Shown here: piece by piece, positions 37,101 to 50,261 of the stretch
Layout: every line of letters starts with the position of its first letter
Position numbering within the stretch: position 1 is the stretch's first letter
From: Cenococcum geophilum
Taxonomy: Eukaryota
DNA: 64,000 nt
NCBI GenBank assembly: GCA_050273025.1
Contig: CP158635.1
Span: 682,001-746,000 of the forward strand
Direction of reading: 5' to 3'
Translations under genes and position numbers: made by a program
Notes under the pieces: generated by a model
What the model saw: the letters and a program-made list of their open reading frames with translations, nothing else
Database searches by the model: none
Told to the model about the DNA's origin: nothing

Positions 37101-40100
37101 ATTAATATCCACAACTATTCTTGGCTAGTAGTAGCAGTAGTTAATAATTTTACGGGTCTTATTCTTGCTAGGGTATACCATAGAGACTTAGTAATAAGCT
37201 TCGCGGATTAGTTTAGTCCATAGATTATTAACGTTAGGGACTATAAGCCGCTCCTAGTATAGAAGTAATCCTTCCTCCATCTTAAAATTAGGGTCTTCTT
37301 TTACAGCTTATTTACAGAGGGCCCTTAAGGCATTAGCTATACGGTTTATAGTTAGGAGGCAGTTAATTAGCCCTATTAGCTTATCTAAGGACTTCTTTAT
37401 TAGTGCTAGCTTATTTTACTAGGAGTCTAGCTCCTTAAGGATCTATAGGTTAAGCTATTCTAGATAAAGGAGGGCACGCGTCCGATATTAGGTCTTTAGC
37501 TTATCCTAGGGTCCTATATCTTATTCTCTTTAGGTTAAGATATTAGCCTTAAAGTTTTACTTACCAGAACGATATATAATCGTAAAGAAGAATTAGGAGA
37601 GTATTTCGGCCTATTAGGCTTATTATTTAGTAAGCTACTTTATAGTTATAAAGTACTCTAGGGCTTTATGATTTATATATATCTTAATCCAGAAGTTTAT
37701 ACCTTTAAGCTCTACGCGCTATTAGGAGAGTAATTAAATAATAGCTAGTATTTCTTTATTGTGTACTTTATAGTTACACTTAGCCAGATTTATTATCTTT
37801 AAGAAGAAAGCTATAAAGTACTATTCGCCGTCTAGATATAACTATAATAGGATTCCCGCTATAACTCTATTAGAGGCGTCCGTTTCTAGCATTAATTTAA
37901 GGTTTAGATTATAGTAACGAAGGATTAAGGAAGCGATAAGCCGATCCTTTATCTCTTTAAAGGCTTCTATATAGCTATTATTAAAGATAAAAGGCGTATC
38001 CTTCCTAATTAGTCGTATAAGAGGTTTTACTATAATTCCGTAGTTATAGATAAACTATTAGTAGAAGTTATAAAAGCTAAGGAAGAATTAGATTTCTTTT
38101 ATTATATAAAGGGGCTTTTAGTTACGGATTACCTCTACCTTCTTAGGGTTAACCTTAATTTCTTCTATAGTTACGATAAACCTAAAGTATTTTATACGTT
38201 TTACCCTAAACTCGCATTTCTTAATATTAACTTATAAGCCCGCGTTCCGTAGTCTCTCTAGGACCTTCTTAATATAAACTTAATACTTAAGTTTATTATC
38301 TAAGTATATAAGGATATCGTCTAGGTATGCCGTGCAGAATTTGTTAAGGTAATTAAAAAGAACGTTATTTATATACCTTTAGTACGTAGCCAGTTCATTT
38401 ATTAGTCTAAAAGGAAGAACTTTATATTTATAGGAACTATAATAGGTACGGAACGTTGTTAAATCTTTAGATATAGGGTTTATCCTAATTCGGTAGAAAG
38501 CTTAGCAGATATTAAGTTTGGTAAAGATCTTTGCCTAGCTTAGATATATAAGGGTTTTATTAATTAAAGGAATAGGATACCGGTCCTTTTAAGTAATAGC
38601 GTTTAGCTTTTAATAGTCAATATAAAAATAAAGGCCTCTATTAGGCTTTTTTATAAATAGAATAGGGGAAGTAAAAGGGGCTTAACTTAGCTCGATAAAC
38701 CCTTTATCTAGGTTATTAATTAAGTACTACTTTATTACTTTTAGCTTATCCATTAATTAATAGTAGAGGGGGCTATAGCCTAGCAAGTTATTAGCTTCTA
38801 ATTAAATCTTATAATTATATATCTAGTAAGGGGATAACTTATCTAAGGCCGCCTTTAAGAATGCATCCTTATAGTCTATATAAATGGTAAAAAGGAGGCG
38901 TTTAACTAGTTCCTCGTCGGTTTCCTTAGTTAGCCTTTCCTCTCTATTATTAATAATTCGGTTAATTTTATATAGGCTTATTATAAAGACCTTATTATCC
39001 TTCTGGTATATATTAAAGTAAAACACTATAGCGCTAATTGCGGCAATGTCTACGGTAGGGGGGTTACCTAATAATAGGGGCGTACGTAACTTTAGAGACT
39101 TTTAAAGTACTAGCGTTATTATTACTCCTTTTAGCTCCTATTACATCTTTTAAAGGTTATCCCTTATATCCTATTAATACGTTCTTTTCTATACTAGTTA
39201 GATCTATACAATTAGGACATCGTCTATATTACTATCTATCCCACTTTTATACGTAAAGTCCTCTTTAAATATAGCGCTTTAGGAGAGTATCTTTATTAGT
39301 ATAGAGTTCTTTCTAGCTTTATAGCGGGCGTCTTCTTAGGTAAAGGCTAGGTTACGGGCCCAGACATCCTACTAGTAGGTAGGGTTAGCCCTTGCGGCTA
39401 GTGTCTTATAATTAGTTTAGATCTCCCTAATAAAGGAGGGCAACCTTAGTCTATCCTTCGGCTAGATAAACCGTCTTTATTATATATTTAGCCAAATATT
39501 AAAATAGGATATCTATTTTTATCTAAGGATTATATTATAGGACCCTAGGTCTAAGATATAAAAGGGGATACTATATTAGCGTTGTCCGTTAAAAGCGATA
39601 TATAACTTTAAGACGTAGGTAACGGGCTAACCGGCTTAGCCGTTATAGCCTTTTACCTAAACAGGCTTCTCTAGTTAGATAGCTTCTATATTTAGAAACT
39701 TAGTAATATTATTTATATAGGCAGTATTTATAAAGGCAAAGCTATTTACTTTAGTGTTAATAAGGGCTGTTATATTAACTCTATATCCATTTTAAGATAC
39801 TATATATAGAACTATAAAATACTTTCTACCTATTAACTAACTAAAATTAATCTCTTTAAGATCAATAGAGTACCCTAGGGGGGAGTCTTTCCCTAGGGTT
39901 CTTCTTTTCCCGACTTATCGGACGTTTCTCCTTCCTCTATCTCCTTAATATCGCCTATATCCTTTAGCTCCGGGCAGGACGAGGTAAAGTAGCCCTACTT
40001 ATTATAGTTAAAGCACGTAGCCGAGGTAGGGTTAATTAGAGTATTGCGGCGAATACTAGTTAATAGTATAGTATATAACTAGTCGGGCAAGGCTTGCTAG

Positions 40101-43100
40101 TACGTAGTTATAACCATCTTTAGTATAAGAGTAGTCGTAACTTATCTTCCTACTTTAGCTCCTATAGGCGTAGCTAGTGAGTTCTAATTATTATAGAGTT
40201 ACTTTTACTAATTAGGGTAGGCGTTAATCCGCCTTAGTTCTAAGTCTAATAATAGGCAATAAGTTATAAGTCTTTTATAGGTTGGTAGGTTATCTAAGGT
40301 TATAGCGATCTTTTCTTATAGCTAGATTGTTAGCTTATTATATAGGTCTAATTAGTAGTTCTTAAGGGGAACCTAGCCTTCTCCTATAAGGTATAGGAAT
40401 TAAGTCTAGAATTTAGTAAAGGGTTAGTTTAGTTTTATTATTAGGCGATTATAGTTATAACGGGCATCTTATACTTTATTTAGGTTAACATAAATAGCTG
40501 CTAGGTGCTATATTATCTTATTAATAAATATAAATCGGACAGGGAAGTCGTCCTTAAACTTGGCTTAAAGGTGCCGTTAGGCGTCCCTAGTGGTTTAACT
40601 AAAGATATAGAGCATTTTAGCTTCTTTAGAAAGGAAATAGTTATAGTTAACGCAGAGCTTTCCTTATACTTAAATCCTCTAATTCTTAAAGGTAGGGTCT
40701 ATTCTGTTAGACAGTAATAGGGGGTTAGGGAGCTTAACGGACTTTAATTACTTTGTTATTATATCCGTACTCCTTAGTATATTATATTTAGTAGAGTGAA
40801 CAGGTCGGCTAGGGCTTTAAAAAGGGGAAGCTAGGCTATTTTATAGGGCCGTAAGGCTTTCTAGGATCTCTTATAGGGTCTCTTATATATTTCTTACTTT
40901 AAGACAATTGGCTTCCTAGCTAGCTATAAGGGCATAAATCTACTCGCGTATGTCTATAACGTTATTATTATCTTTAATTTCTGATCCTAATTAGATCTTA
41001 GGTTCCTCTTAGGTAAAGGCAGCTCTCTTAAATAAGCTTACTTTAGGTGCTATTGTTAGCTTTCTAAAGTTTGTTGGTATTATACGCTTTAGTTTTAATT
41101 CTAGGGGTATAGGTCCAGTCCTATTTGGCTTATAAGGTAGGATATTATCTAGGCCTTCTTAGGCAATATAGAGTTGTTTTAGTGTCTAAGTATAGCGCGT
41201 TAGTGCGTCGTTATAGACGAAGTTTCTTTAGGGTGGGATATTATTAAGGCCTTCCTAGGCAAGATAGAGAGAGCTTAGTATAATGTTACGGCTTAAATAA
41301 ATGCCTCTAAACCGAAGCTTAAACGAATACTGTATTACGAAGATACTAAGCTAAAGAGAAGGAAAAGGGGTCGCTAGGACCGATATAAACAAATATATAG
41401 GGTGAGCCGCTAAGGCGCTAGCTTTGGGCGGGCCAATTATAGGTCAGCAGAATATGGCAGAATTTGGCAGGTAACGTGCAATAGCGCCGTTACAATAATA
41501 GAGCTAACTATACCCTAGCTTTATACTATAGAACTAGAGTTACCTCCTAAAATTAATAAGCTTATTATTACGGTATATAACACCTCTGTTAACCTATTAT
41601 TGCATTAACTTATTACCATAAAGACCGCTAGCGCCTATATACTACCTACTAACCTCTAAAGTTTAGGTTAGATTAATATAGTAGCTTTAGAAGTAAAAGA
41701 AAATAGGCTCTATTATAGAGGCCGCCTATTTATCCTTAACTTAGAAAATTTATAACGGCAACTAATCTAAATAGCCTACGACCTCTAATTAAGCGGCTAC
41801 TTAGGTAGAGGAGGAACCTATAAGCTTTTTAGCCGATACTACTTTTAGCTAAAAATAATAGACTTAGTTAAACACTTTATAGGCGCCTACTACGGTTATA
41901 AGCGCGCTAAGGCCTTTAATACAAAGTACTAAGGACTACTATACCCTCTACTAGTACCTATATAACAATAGGCAGATATCGCTATAGATTTCATTATTAA
42001 CCTACTACCCTATAAATGATACGGCCGTACCTATAAGAATATCCTTATAATAATATGCTAACTTATAAAAGAGCGCCACTATATCCTAACTAAAGGCGTA
42101 GCCGTTAGTAATATTACTAACACCTTCTTCTATAAAGTATACTAACTATATAGGTTACCTAACTTAATTACGTCTAACTAAGGTATATAATTTAACTTTA
42201 ATATATAGAGATAAATCTACTAACGCCTTAGTATCTCTATTAAAATATCTATATCCTTTTACTATAAAACTACTAGGTAACTAGAAAACGCTAATACTAG
42301 TATAAAAGCGTACCTATAATAGGCAGTTGCCCATAGTTAAGATAACTAGGTAGATTACCTCCTACTAGGTAAATTTATAGTAAATAATTACGTTTTAACT
42401 ACTATAGGACTTATCCCATTCTTTGTAAATAAAGGTTATTACCCCTAATTTAGTATAAAGCTACTAAAACCTATTAATAAGAAACTACTATATAGAAAAT
42501 ACCTTAAGATACTACTTACCGACTAGTATACAAACCGTATAAAAAATCTACTTAACTACTATAAGGGAGAAATGGCCTAGGCTTAAGTAAAGTAGGCCTA
42601 CTTTACTAACTATTATAAAACGCCACCACCAGAGATGCGTATTGGCGACTAGGTATAACTAGATATATATAATATCTCTATATAGAGGCCTATAAAGTCA
42701 CTTAATTATAAAAACCTTGGCCCCTATTTAATTAAATAAGTTATTAATAGGGGAGCCGTATATAAGCTAGAACTCCTATCTACCCTAGCTACCTACGGGA
42801 TATAGCCCATATTTTACCTATAGCTACTATACCTCTATTAGCCTAACCCCTTACTAAAGTAGATATAGCCTAAACCCCTATTAGTACTAATCTAAGATAA
42901 GAACAAAGATAAAAGCTATAAGGAGTAGACCGTTAAATAAATTATTAACTCTAAATACTTTAGTAAAGGTAAAGGACGACGGCTCTACTATAGAGCTATA
43001 TATATAGGATTTAATATAAATTAGCCAGAATGGCAACTATAGAAAGACTTTAAAAATGCAAAGGATTTACTTAGTAACTTTTACTACGCGAACCTATAGA

Positions 43101-43640
43101 AACTAGGCCTAAGTAGAGACTTTATACCTAATCCTCTATAGGAGCCCTTATAGAGTTAAATCGTTATATATTACTATATAAGGGTAAATTACTATTAGAT
43201 TGCCATTAGATTACGGTAAAGTGTAATTATATAACTAAAATATCGTTAAAATGTCTAGGAACTTTAACCAGTGGTTAAAGTTATCTAATTAGTTAGATTC
43301 TTAGATGCTAAGCCCTATTATATAACATTGTTTTAAGCCTTTAGTAATACCCCCCTTTTCTTCTTTTTTATACCTTAAGTGTCCCTTTTATATATATATA
43401 GTAACCACAGCGTCGCTAGAGCTCCGCCTCTATAAGAGGGGGGGTAGTATTATAAAACCCTACTATAGGGGCCTCTATAAGAGAGCCCCGTACTCTTATA
43501 TACACCTTACGTATAGCTTATATTAGCTACACGTAGGTATATTACCTCCTTACACCCTTAACCCTTATGATCGATTACGTAACGTTTTATAGACTTCTTA
43601 AATACATACGCTTTATAGCTACTACCCCCGTCCCGTAATA
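31104..43640 (+). mobile_element. Ty3/Gypsy chromovirus E (~6.4 kb native); LTRs 31104-31296 and 43448-43640
   Basis: 193-bp LTR pair, TSD GTAAC (31099-31103 / 43641-43645), PPT GAGGGGGGGTAG. RT AYLDDIL (~34390), RNase H, integrase (41800-42500) and chromodomain (~42920-43060). Confidence 0.92.
35328..41494 (-). mobile_element. Ty3/Gypsy chromovirus F (6.2 kb), inserted in pol of E; LTRs 35328-35539 and 41284-41494
   Basis: ~212-bp LTR pair, TSD ATAAT (35323-35327 / 41495-41499), PPT next to 35539. CCHC knuckle CFNCxxxGxFxSSC (~39990), RT AYLDDIL (~38320). Confidence 0.92.
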
Positions 43641-46600
43641 GTAACTTACCTAGTTTAATAAAAGAATACACAGTAAAAAGATACTGCTTTTAATTAATGG
43701 CTTTAGCGTCTATAAAGCAGCTATTTAAATACTTATTAAGAATGGCTCTCTTAAGAATATACGCGTAGAGTTCCTTCCTCCTAATTATACCTTAGTATAT
43801 TAGCCTCTTAATTAAGGGATAATTATAAACTTTAAGCTGCTCTACTAGCGATACTAGCTACGATTTATAGTAGAGGTCTCGCTTTAAAATAAGAATCTAA
43901 TTAAGCAGATATACGTTTTATAGGTAATTTAATAGTTAGTTAAAGCTTAGAAGGAAGTTATACTATAGATAATTAAGAATTACTTTATTAAATCTATATT
44001 ATTTAGCTCTTATATAGGCCTACAGCCTTACCCTTAAGATTATTTAGATCCTCCTATGGTTAATAAAATATAGTAAATAGTAGAACAGCTACTTATAGCA
44101 GGAAGGATTTACGCCATAATAAATATTTAGAAATTTATTAAGCTACTAGGTAAGGAAGTAGAAGATTTTTCTAAGGATCTTATTAAGCATATAGTAGAGC
44201 TCTATATAGGGCCTAATCGCGATATAAAGACGGATAAGGAAGCTATTAAGTAACCTTAAATTAAACTTAATAAGGCGCTTATGGCCTTATTATTACGGCA
44301 CTAGTAAAACTTAGCAAAACTTAGCAGAACTTCGCACCGGCAAGTTGCCACAGATTGCCACAGATTGCCGTATATTGTAATTACGTAACGTAAAGATCTT
44401 ATAAAACACCGAACGGCGCTACTCTTCTTCTCCTTTCCTTTCCCTAGCTTTAGATTCTCGTTTATAGACAATCCAATCATACAGGCTTACGCGACCCTTT
44501 TGCCGTGCTTATGTCTCGATTGACTAAGTCGCTAATATTATCTAAAGCTTACTCTACTCTTTCTTCCTAAGAAGGAACTTAAATATATCTACTAAAACAT
44601 AGAATAGGACCATAACGATAGGACCTAAAAGAAAAAAACAGAACCCTAAGAAAAGGACCTACAAAATACGCATAGACTAGAACCCCTAAAGAAATTACCC
44701 AGAATTACCTAATACCCCTACTACCATGCCACAAACCATAGCAGTAGGTAAAGCAGCTGTAGGACCCTTAAATACTTCAGACGAAGAAACAATTAACGTT
44801 TTAACCCCCTAGGCGGAGCTTACGGCTGCTAATACCGAAATTAAACGACTGCGAGAGCTGCTTAAAGCTAGAGATACCCCTATATCTAATAATAAGTCAT
44901 TATTAGACAACTAAAGACTTACTATAGTCCTTTAGGCTCTATCCTAGCGCCTTAATGGACCTACTAAGGCCTATATAGCACCGAAGCGGTCGGCAAAGGT
45001 CGCGGATCCCCTACTACTTATAGACGGAACCGACCCTATATTTGATAATTGGAAGCTTTAATTATAGAATAAGCTTAAAGTTAATGCAGACCACTTCCCT
45101 AATGCCTAAGCTAAAATGGCCTACGTTTTCGGCCGTATTAGCGGAGACGCCTAGACGCATTTACGCCCGTAATACACTAAAGACTTAGCAGACCCCTTTA
45201 TCTCTAAAGAAGAAATAATTAAATACTTATCTTCTATTTATAAAGACCCTTTTAAAGTATAAAACACCCGCCTTAGCTATAAAAGCCTAAATATAAAAAT
45301 AATGGAGACCTTTTTAGCCTTTTAAACCCGCTTTCTATACCTGGTAGGACAGGCCTAGATCCCCTAAAAAGACCTACTACTAGACCTCTTTAATAAGCTT
45401 ACCCTAGACCTATAACGGGCCGTATTACTAGCTTATACTATAGTATAGACGTTAAAGGAACTTATGGACTATTACCTAGCTATTAACTAAGGCCTCTATT
45501 AAATTAAGGCACGCGCTGACTAGCTAAAAACTAGAAACCTTATAAACTAGGCCGCAAGTACTATAAGTACGGCCCGTAGTGCCCCGGTATAATTAGCAAC
45601 TCCTATAGTTAACCTAGCAGCTAGCTACGCAGCTACCCCTACTATAGGCCTAGTGTATACCCGGCCTATATATAGCAACCCCTATATATAGGCCCTTAGT
45701 GATTAAAAAGCTTACTTCTTATATAGTTAAATAGGCCACCCTATAAGGAACTGCCTAATAAAGGCAAAGACAAATAAGGTTTTGTTAATTTAGGAGGATA
45801 GTACGGAGCCGGAAAAAAAGGAACCCTAGAGGAAGACTCCTCTTTAGGGTTAAAAGGGATCGATATATTATATATCAATCTAGGTCGGCTAGTTAGTGAA
45901 AGAAGCTACACTATCCCTTGTACTTTATTTCGCAATAAATATTAAGTTTTAACCTCTGCTTTAGCTAACTTAGGAGCAAATGCCTTTACCTTAATTGATA
46001 TAAAGTGCGCTATAAAACTAGCTGACTTTTTAAATATACCCCTTAAAGAACTGCCTAAACTAGTCCCTATTTACGGTTATAACGGATAGATAGGACTACC
46101 TATTATAACTATCTTATAAATCTACCTCCGCGTTGACGGATAAAGGTAGTATAACGTCCCCTTTCTAATTACGGACCTTAGAAGCCATAATATAATCTTA
46201 GGGAGAAAATAGCTAGCCTATTTAGGCTTATAGCTTAATATACGGCATAGGCAGCTTATCTAGCCCAAAACTATACCCCTAACGCCTTCCTTTATAAAAG
46301 AGATTAGTATTACAATAGAAAACCTTATACAGCCGTAGATAAACACTATTTATTAGGCTAATGCGACGCGTAGGGACTAGGCTTTTAAGAAGGATGTATA
46401 GCTTAATCTATAACAGATCCGTATACTATACCGCCCCCAGACTGCCTATATTATACCACCCGCACTAAAGACTTAAGAAGTCGATAGTAGCCTAGCTAAG
46501 TCCCTAATAGAGAACTTAGGCCCTACGCAGCTATAAAGAAAGGCCAGGGACATTGGACAATATACCAAACTAATAAACCGGAAAGATAACTTACGGAAAA

Positions 46601-48436
46601 TAGAACGTAAGCTAAGGAAGACCATAAACCTTATACCGCAAAATACGGCCTAATAAATATCTATAAAGAAACCTATAGACCTCCCACCAGTTAATATCTG
46701 CTATATTAGCGCTATAGGATTTTACTAAAACCTAGTTTAGCCTAATACCGTTACCTTTATAACTAGCTTATACGAAATTAATTAAATAATTAAAGAGAAA
46801 GAAGCCCTAGCCTAAGAGAAAGGCGAGCTTATAGATAAGGAGCTAGTAGAACAAAAACTACCCCGTTAATACTAGAAATTTAAAAATACCTTCTCCAAAG
46901 CAGCGTTTAATATACTCCCGCCTCACCGACCGTACAACTATAAGATTAAAATTGAGCCGGACAAGGTGGTTACCCTTAGCTATAGCCCCCTCTAATAGCA
47001 ATCTACTGCCAAATTATAGGCCATAAAGCAGTATCTTATTAATAACCTAGATAAGGGCTTTATTAAGCCTAGTTAAGCCCCTTTTAACTTACCTATTCTC
47101 TTTGCCAAAAAGCTAAATAGAGGACTTTGTTTCTATATCGACTACTATAAGCTTAATAATTTAACCCTTAAAGACCGCTACTTACTACCTTTACTTAATA
47201 AAACTTTGGCCTAAATAAGTAAAGCTAAGATCTTTATAAAAGCTTAATATCCGCTAGGCTTTTTACCGGATTAGGATAGACCCTAAATTAGAAGACCTTA
47301 CTATGTTTTAGACCTATTACGGAACGTATAAATATAAAGTACTGCCTTTTAGACTAACTAACGGACTAGCTACATACCAACAATATATAAATGACGTACT
47401 ACTTAACTACCTTAACGACTTCTATATAGCAACCTAGATAATATTATAATCTACTCTAAAAACGAACTGGAATATAAAGAGCATATCTATAAAGTCCTAT
47501 AACAGCTTTAGGAAGCTAGCCTCCAAGCCAATATTAAGAAGTTAGAATTTAGTGTTAAGCATATAAAGTACTTAGGGTTTATTATTAGTATAAACGGGAT
47601 CGAGGCAAACCTAGAAAAGACGGCTATAATTAACTAATAGGTACCCCTAAGGACCGTAAAGGGGGTACAGTTATTTTTAGGGTTCTATAACTTCTACTAA
47701 CACTTTATTAAGAACTATAGCAGAATTACCTGGCTATTAAGCCTACTTACCTATAAGGACCGGCCCTTTTACTTTAACACTATATATAGGCAGGCCTTTG
47801 ACGAGCTTAAGAAACGACTGGTCTCTACTCCCTTACTCGCCCACTTTGACCTAAAATGGCCCTTAATGCTAGAAACCGATGCCTTAGATAGTATTATAGC
47901 TGGCGTTTATTCCTAAAAGTAGATAAACGGAGAATAGCACCCTATTGCTTACTATTTAAAGACTATAGTAAATGCTGAGCTAAACTACCTAATTTACGAC
48001 AAAGAAATGCTGGCTATTATCTCTAGCTTTTAGCACTGGCGAGCCTAACTAGAAGGCACCCCTAAGTCTATCTAGGTAGTTTCCGATCATAAGGCCTTAA
48101 AATATTTTATAATAATAAAGGCCCTTATAGCTTAATAGGCGCGCTAAGCGAACACCCTATCTTAGTTTAACTTCCTAATTATATATAGGCCAGACGCCAC
48201 TAACCGTGTAGACGCTCTTATAAGGCGTAAACAGGATATAAATAACTAGATAGCCGTAAAGATCTTATTACAGACCTAAGCGCTACTACGACTAGAGCAC
48301 CTTGACTTATAAATACAGGCAGAACTAAATACAAACTCTTTAGATGCTAAGATATGCCCTATTGACTCCATAGAACTAAACCTTATTAATAAACTGCTGT
48401 AGGTAAACCGTACGGCCCCTTCTCTATAGGAGTACC

Positions 48437-48692
48437 TGTAAGGGTACTTTTGGTCCCTTACTCGGCTACATCCCGGGAGCTCTCAGGGGCTGCCAAGGCT
48501 AGCCTTCGGCTAGGCCTTGGCCACCCCTTATAAGCTCCTCGGGCTTGCAGCCTCCTTCCTCCCCCATCGGTTCGTCTCCGTACGAGGCTATTGCCTACTC
48601 TTTACCATATCGTCCTCTTCCATCGACTCCCTATGTGACTCATGCTCGGCTTGCCTGCTCCCTACCGTACACCCTGGCAATACTGCCTTACA
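48437..48692. mobile_element. Solo LTR (256 bp) of another family, inside pol of G
   Basis: TGTAAGG...CCTTACA ends, TSD GTACC (48432-48436 / 48693-48697), TATAA motif at ~48527. GC-rich relative to its surroundings. Confidence 0.9.
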
Positions 48693-50200
48693 GTACCGTA
48701 ATAAGGCAAAGAACGTCTCTAGCCCATAGTCCCTTAAAAGTGGACTACTTAAGCACCGCAAACAGCTAGTAGTAGTAGAGGAACAGAACTTACGGACTTA
48801 GCTTATTGCCGAAGCACATACCTAGGTCTCTACGGCCTACCCTAAAAAAAATAAGACCTATAGGATTATTAGCGACCGCTACTACTAGCCCGGAATAATT
48901 ATAGATATTGACCGCTATATACGGAACTGCAATAACTACTATAGGTTTATAATTCCACGAGATAAAACCCTAGGACTATTAAAACCCCTCCTAATACCTA
49001 ACTGCCCCTAGTAATATATCTCTATAGACTTTTATAAGCTACCTCTAGACCATAACAGATATAATATAGTTATAATCCTAGTTAACCGCTTCGGCAAGCG
49101 CCTGTTCTTAATTCCCTGTTATAAGAATATTAATACTAAAGAGGCAGCCTGGCTGTATATCTACTATATTTACCGAATTTACGGACTATTAGACACTATT
49201 ATATCCGACCGCGGGCCGTAGTTTATATCAGCCTTTTGGAATAAGTTTACCCAGATCTTAGGCATTAAGCTAAAGCTTTCTATAGTATATTACCCCTAAA
49301 CAAATAGCCAAACGGAGATTATAAATTAATACTTAGACTAGAGACTCCGGCCTTTTATTAACTACTTTTAGGATAACTGGGCTAAACTGTTGCCCTTAAT
49401 AGACTACGCCTAAGCGACCCTACCCTACGACTCTACCGGATTTGCCCCTATTTAACTAGAAATGGGTTACCTACCCTATATAAGCTTTGACTAGGAAAGA
49501 CTAAAAGGGCCCTAAACTATATATGAAAAACTATCTTATAAGGAAGCCTAGTAGTACGCTAAGCGCTTAGAAGAAGCCTAGAAAGTAGCCTATATAAACC
49601 TAAAAAAGGCCCAGAAATTAATAAAATAGTAGGCGAATAAGTATAGGCGCGAGCCTAACTTTACTATAGGTGATATAGTCTAGGTTATAATAAAGAACTA
49701 GAAAATAAAACAGCCTAGCCGTAAGCTAGACTATAAGATAGCAGGACTATATAAGATCCTTAATAAAGTAGGCAACTCGTATAAGGTTAAGCTCCCAGAC
49801 TTAATTAAAGTTTACCCTATCTTCTTACTAGATAAGCTATAAAAAGCTATAAATAACCTACTACCCAGACAAAAGAATAAACCTCCCCTACTAATTTAAG
49901 TTAATAGCGATAATAAATAGGAAATTAAAGAAGTGCTGGCCTATAAACTTATAAAGGGAACGTTAAAGTATCGTATTAATTAGAAAGGATATAACCTAAA
50001 CCCTACTTAGTACCCTATATAGAACTTTATAGGTAGTTCCCATAAGCTCTAAGAGTTTTATAGCTATTACCCTAGTAAACCCAGACCGCTAAAGTACCTA
50101 GACAAGTAGATAGAATGCTAGTATAATAAAGATAATAAGTTACTAGAAGAATATAAGGACAAGAACACCCCAGAAATTTCTTAGTTATATAAGGTGTTGA

Positions 50201-50261
50201 GATATCTAGGAACTTCAACCGGCGGTTAAAGTTGTCTAATTGGTCAGATTCTTCTGCCAAG
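50201..50261 (+). promoter_or_regulatory. Conserved 3'-UTR module of Gypsy elements (other copies at 9822-9883 minus, 35712-35770 minus, 43250-43312 plus); function unknown
   Basis: Four copies of GATATYNAGGAACTTYAACCGNCGGTTRAAGTTRTCTRATTRGTYAGATY-(n)-TGCYAAG in the same sense orientation within elements C, F, E and G. A regulatory role is inference. Confidence 0.55.
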
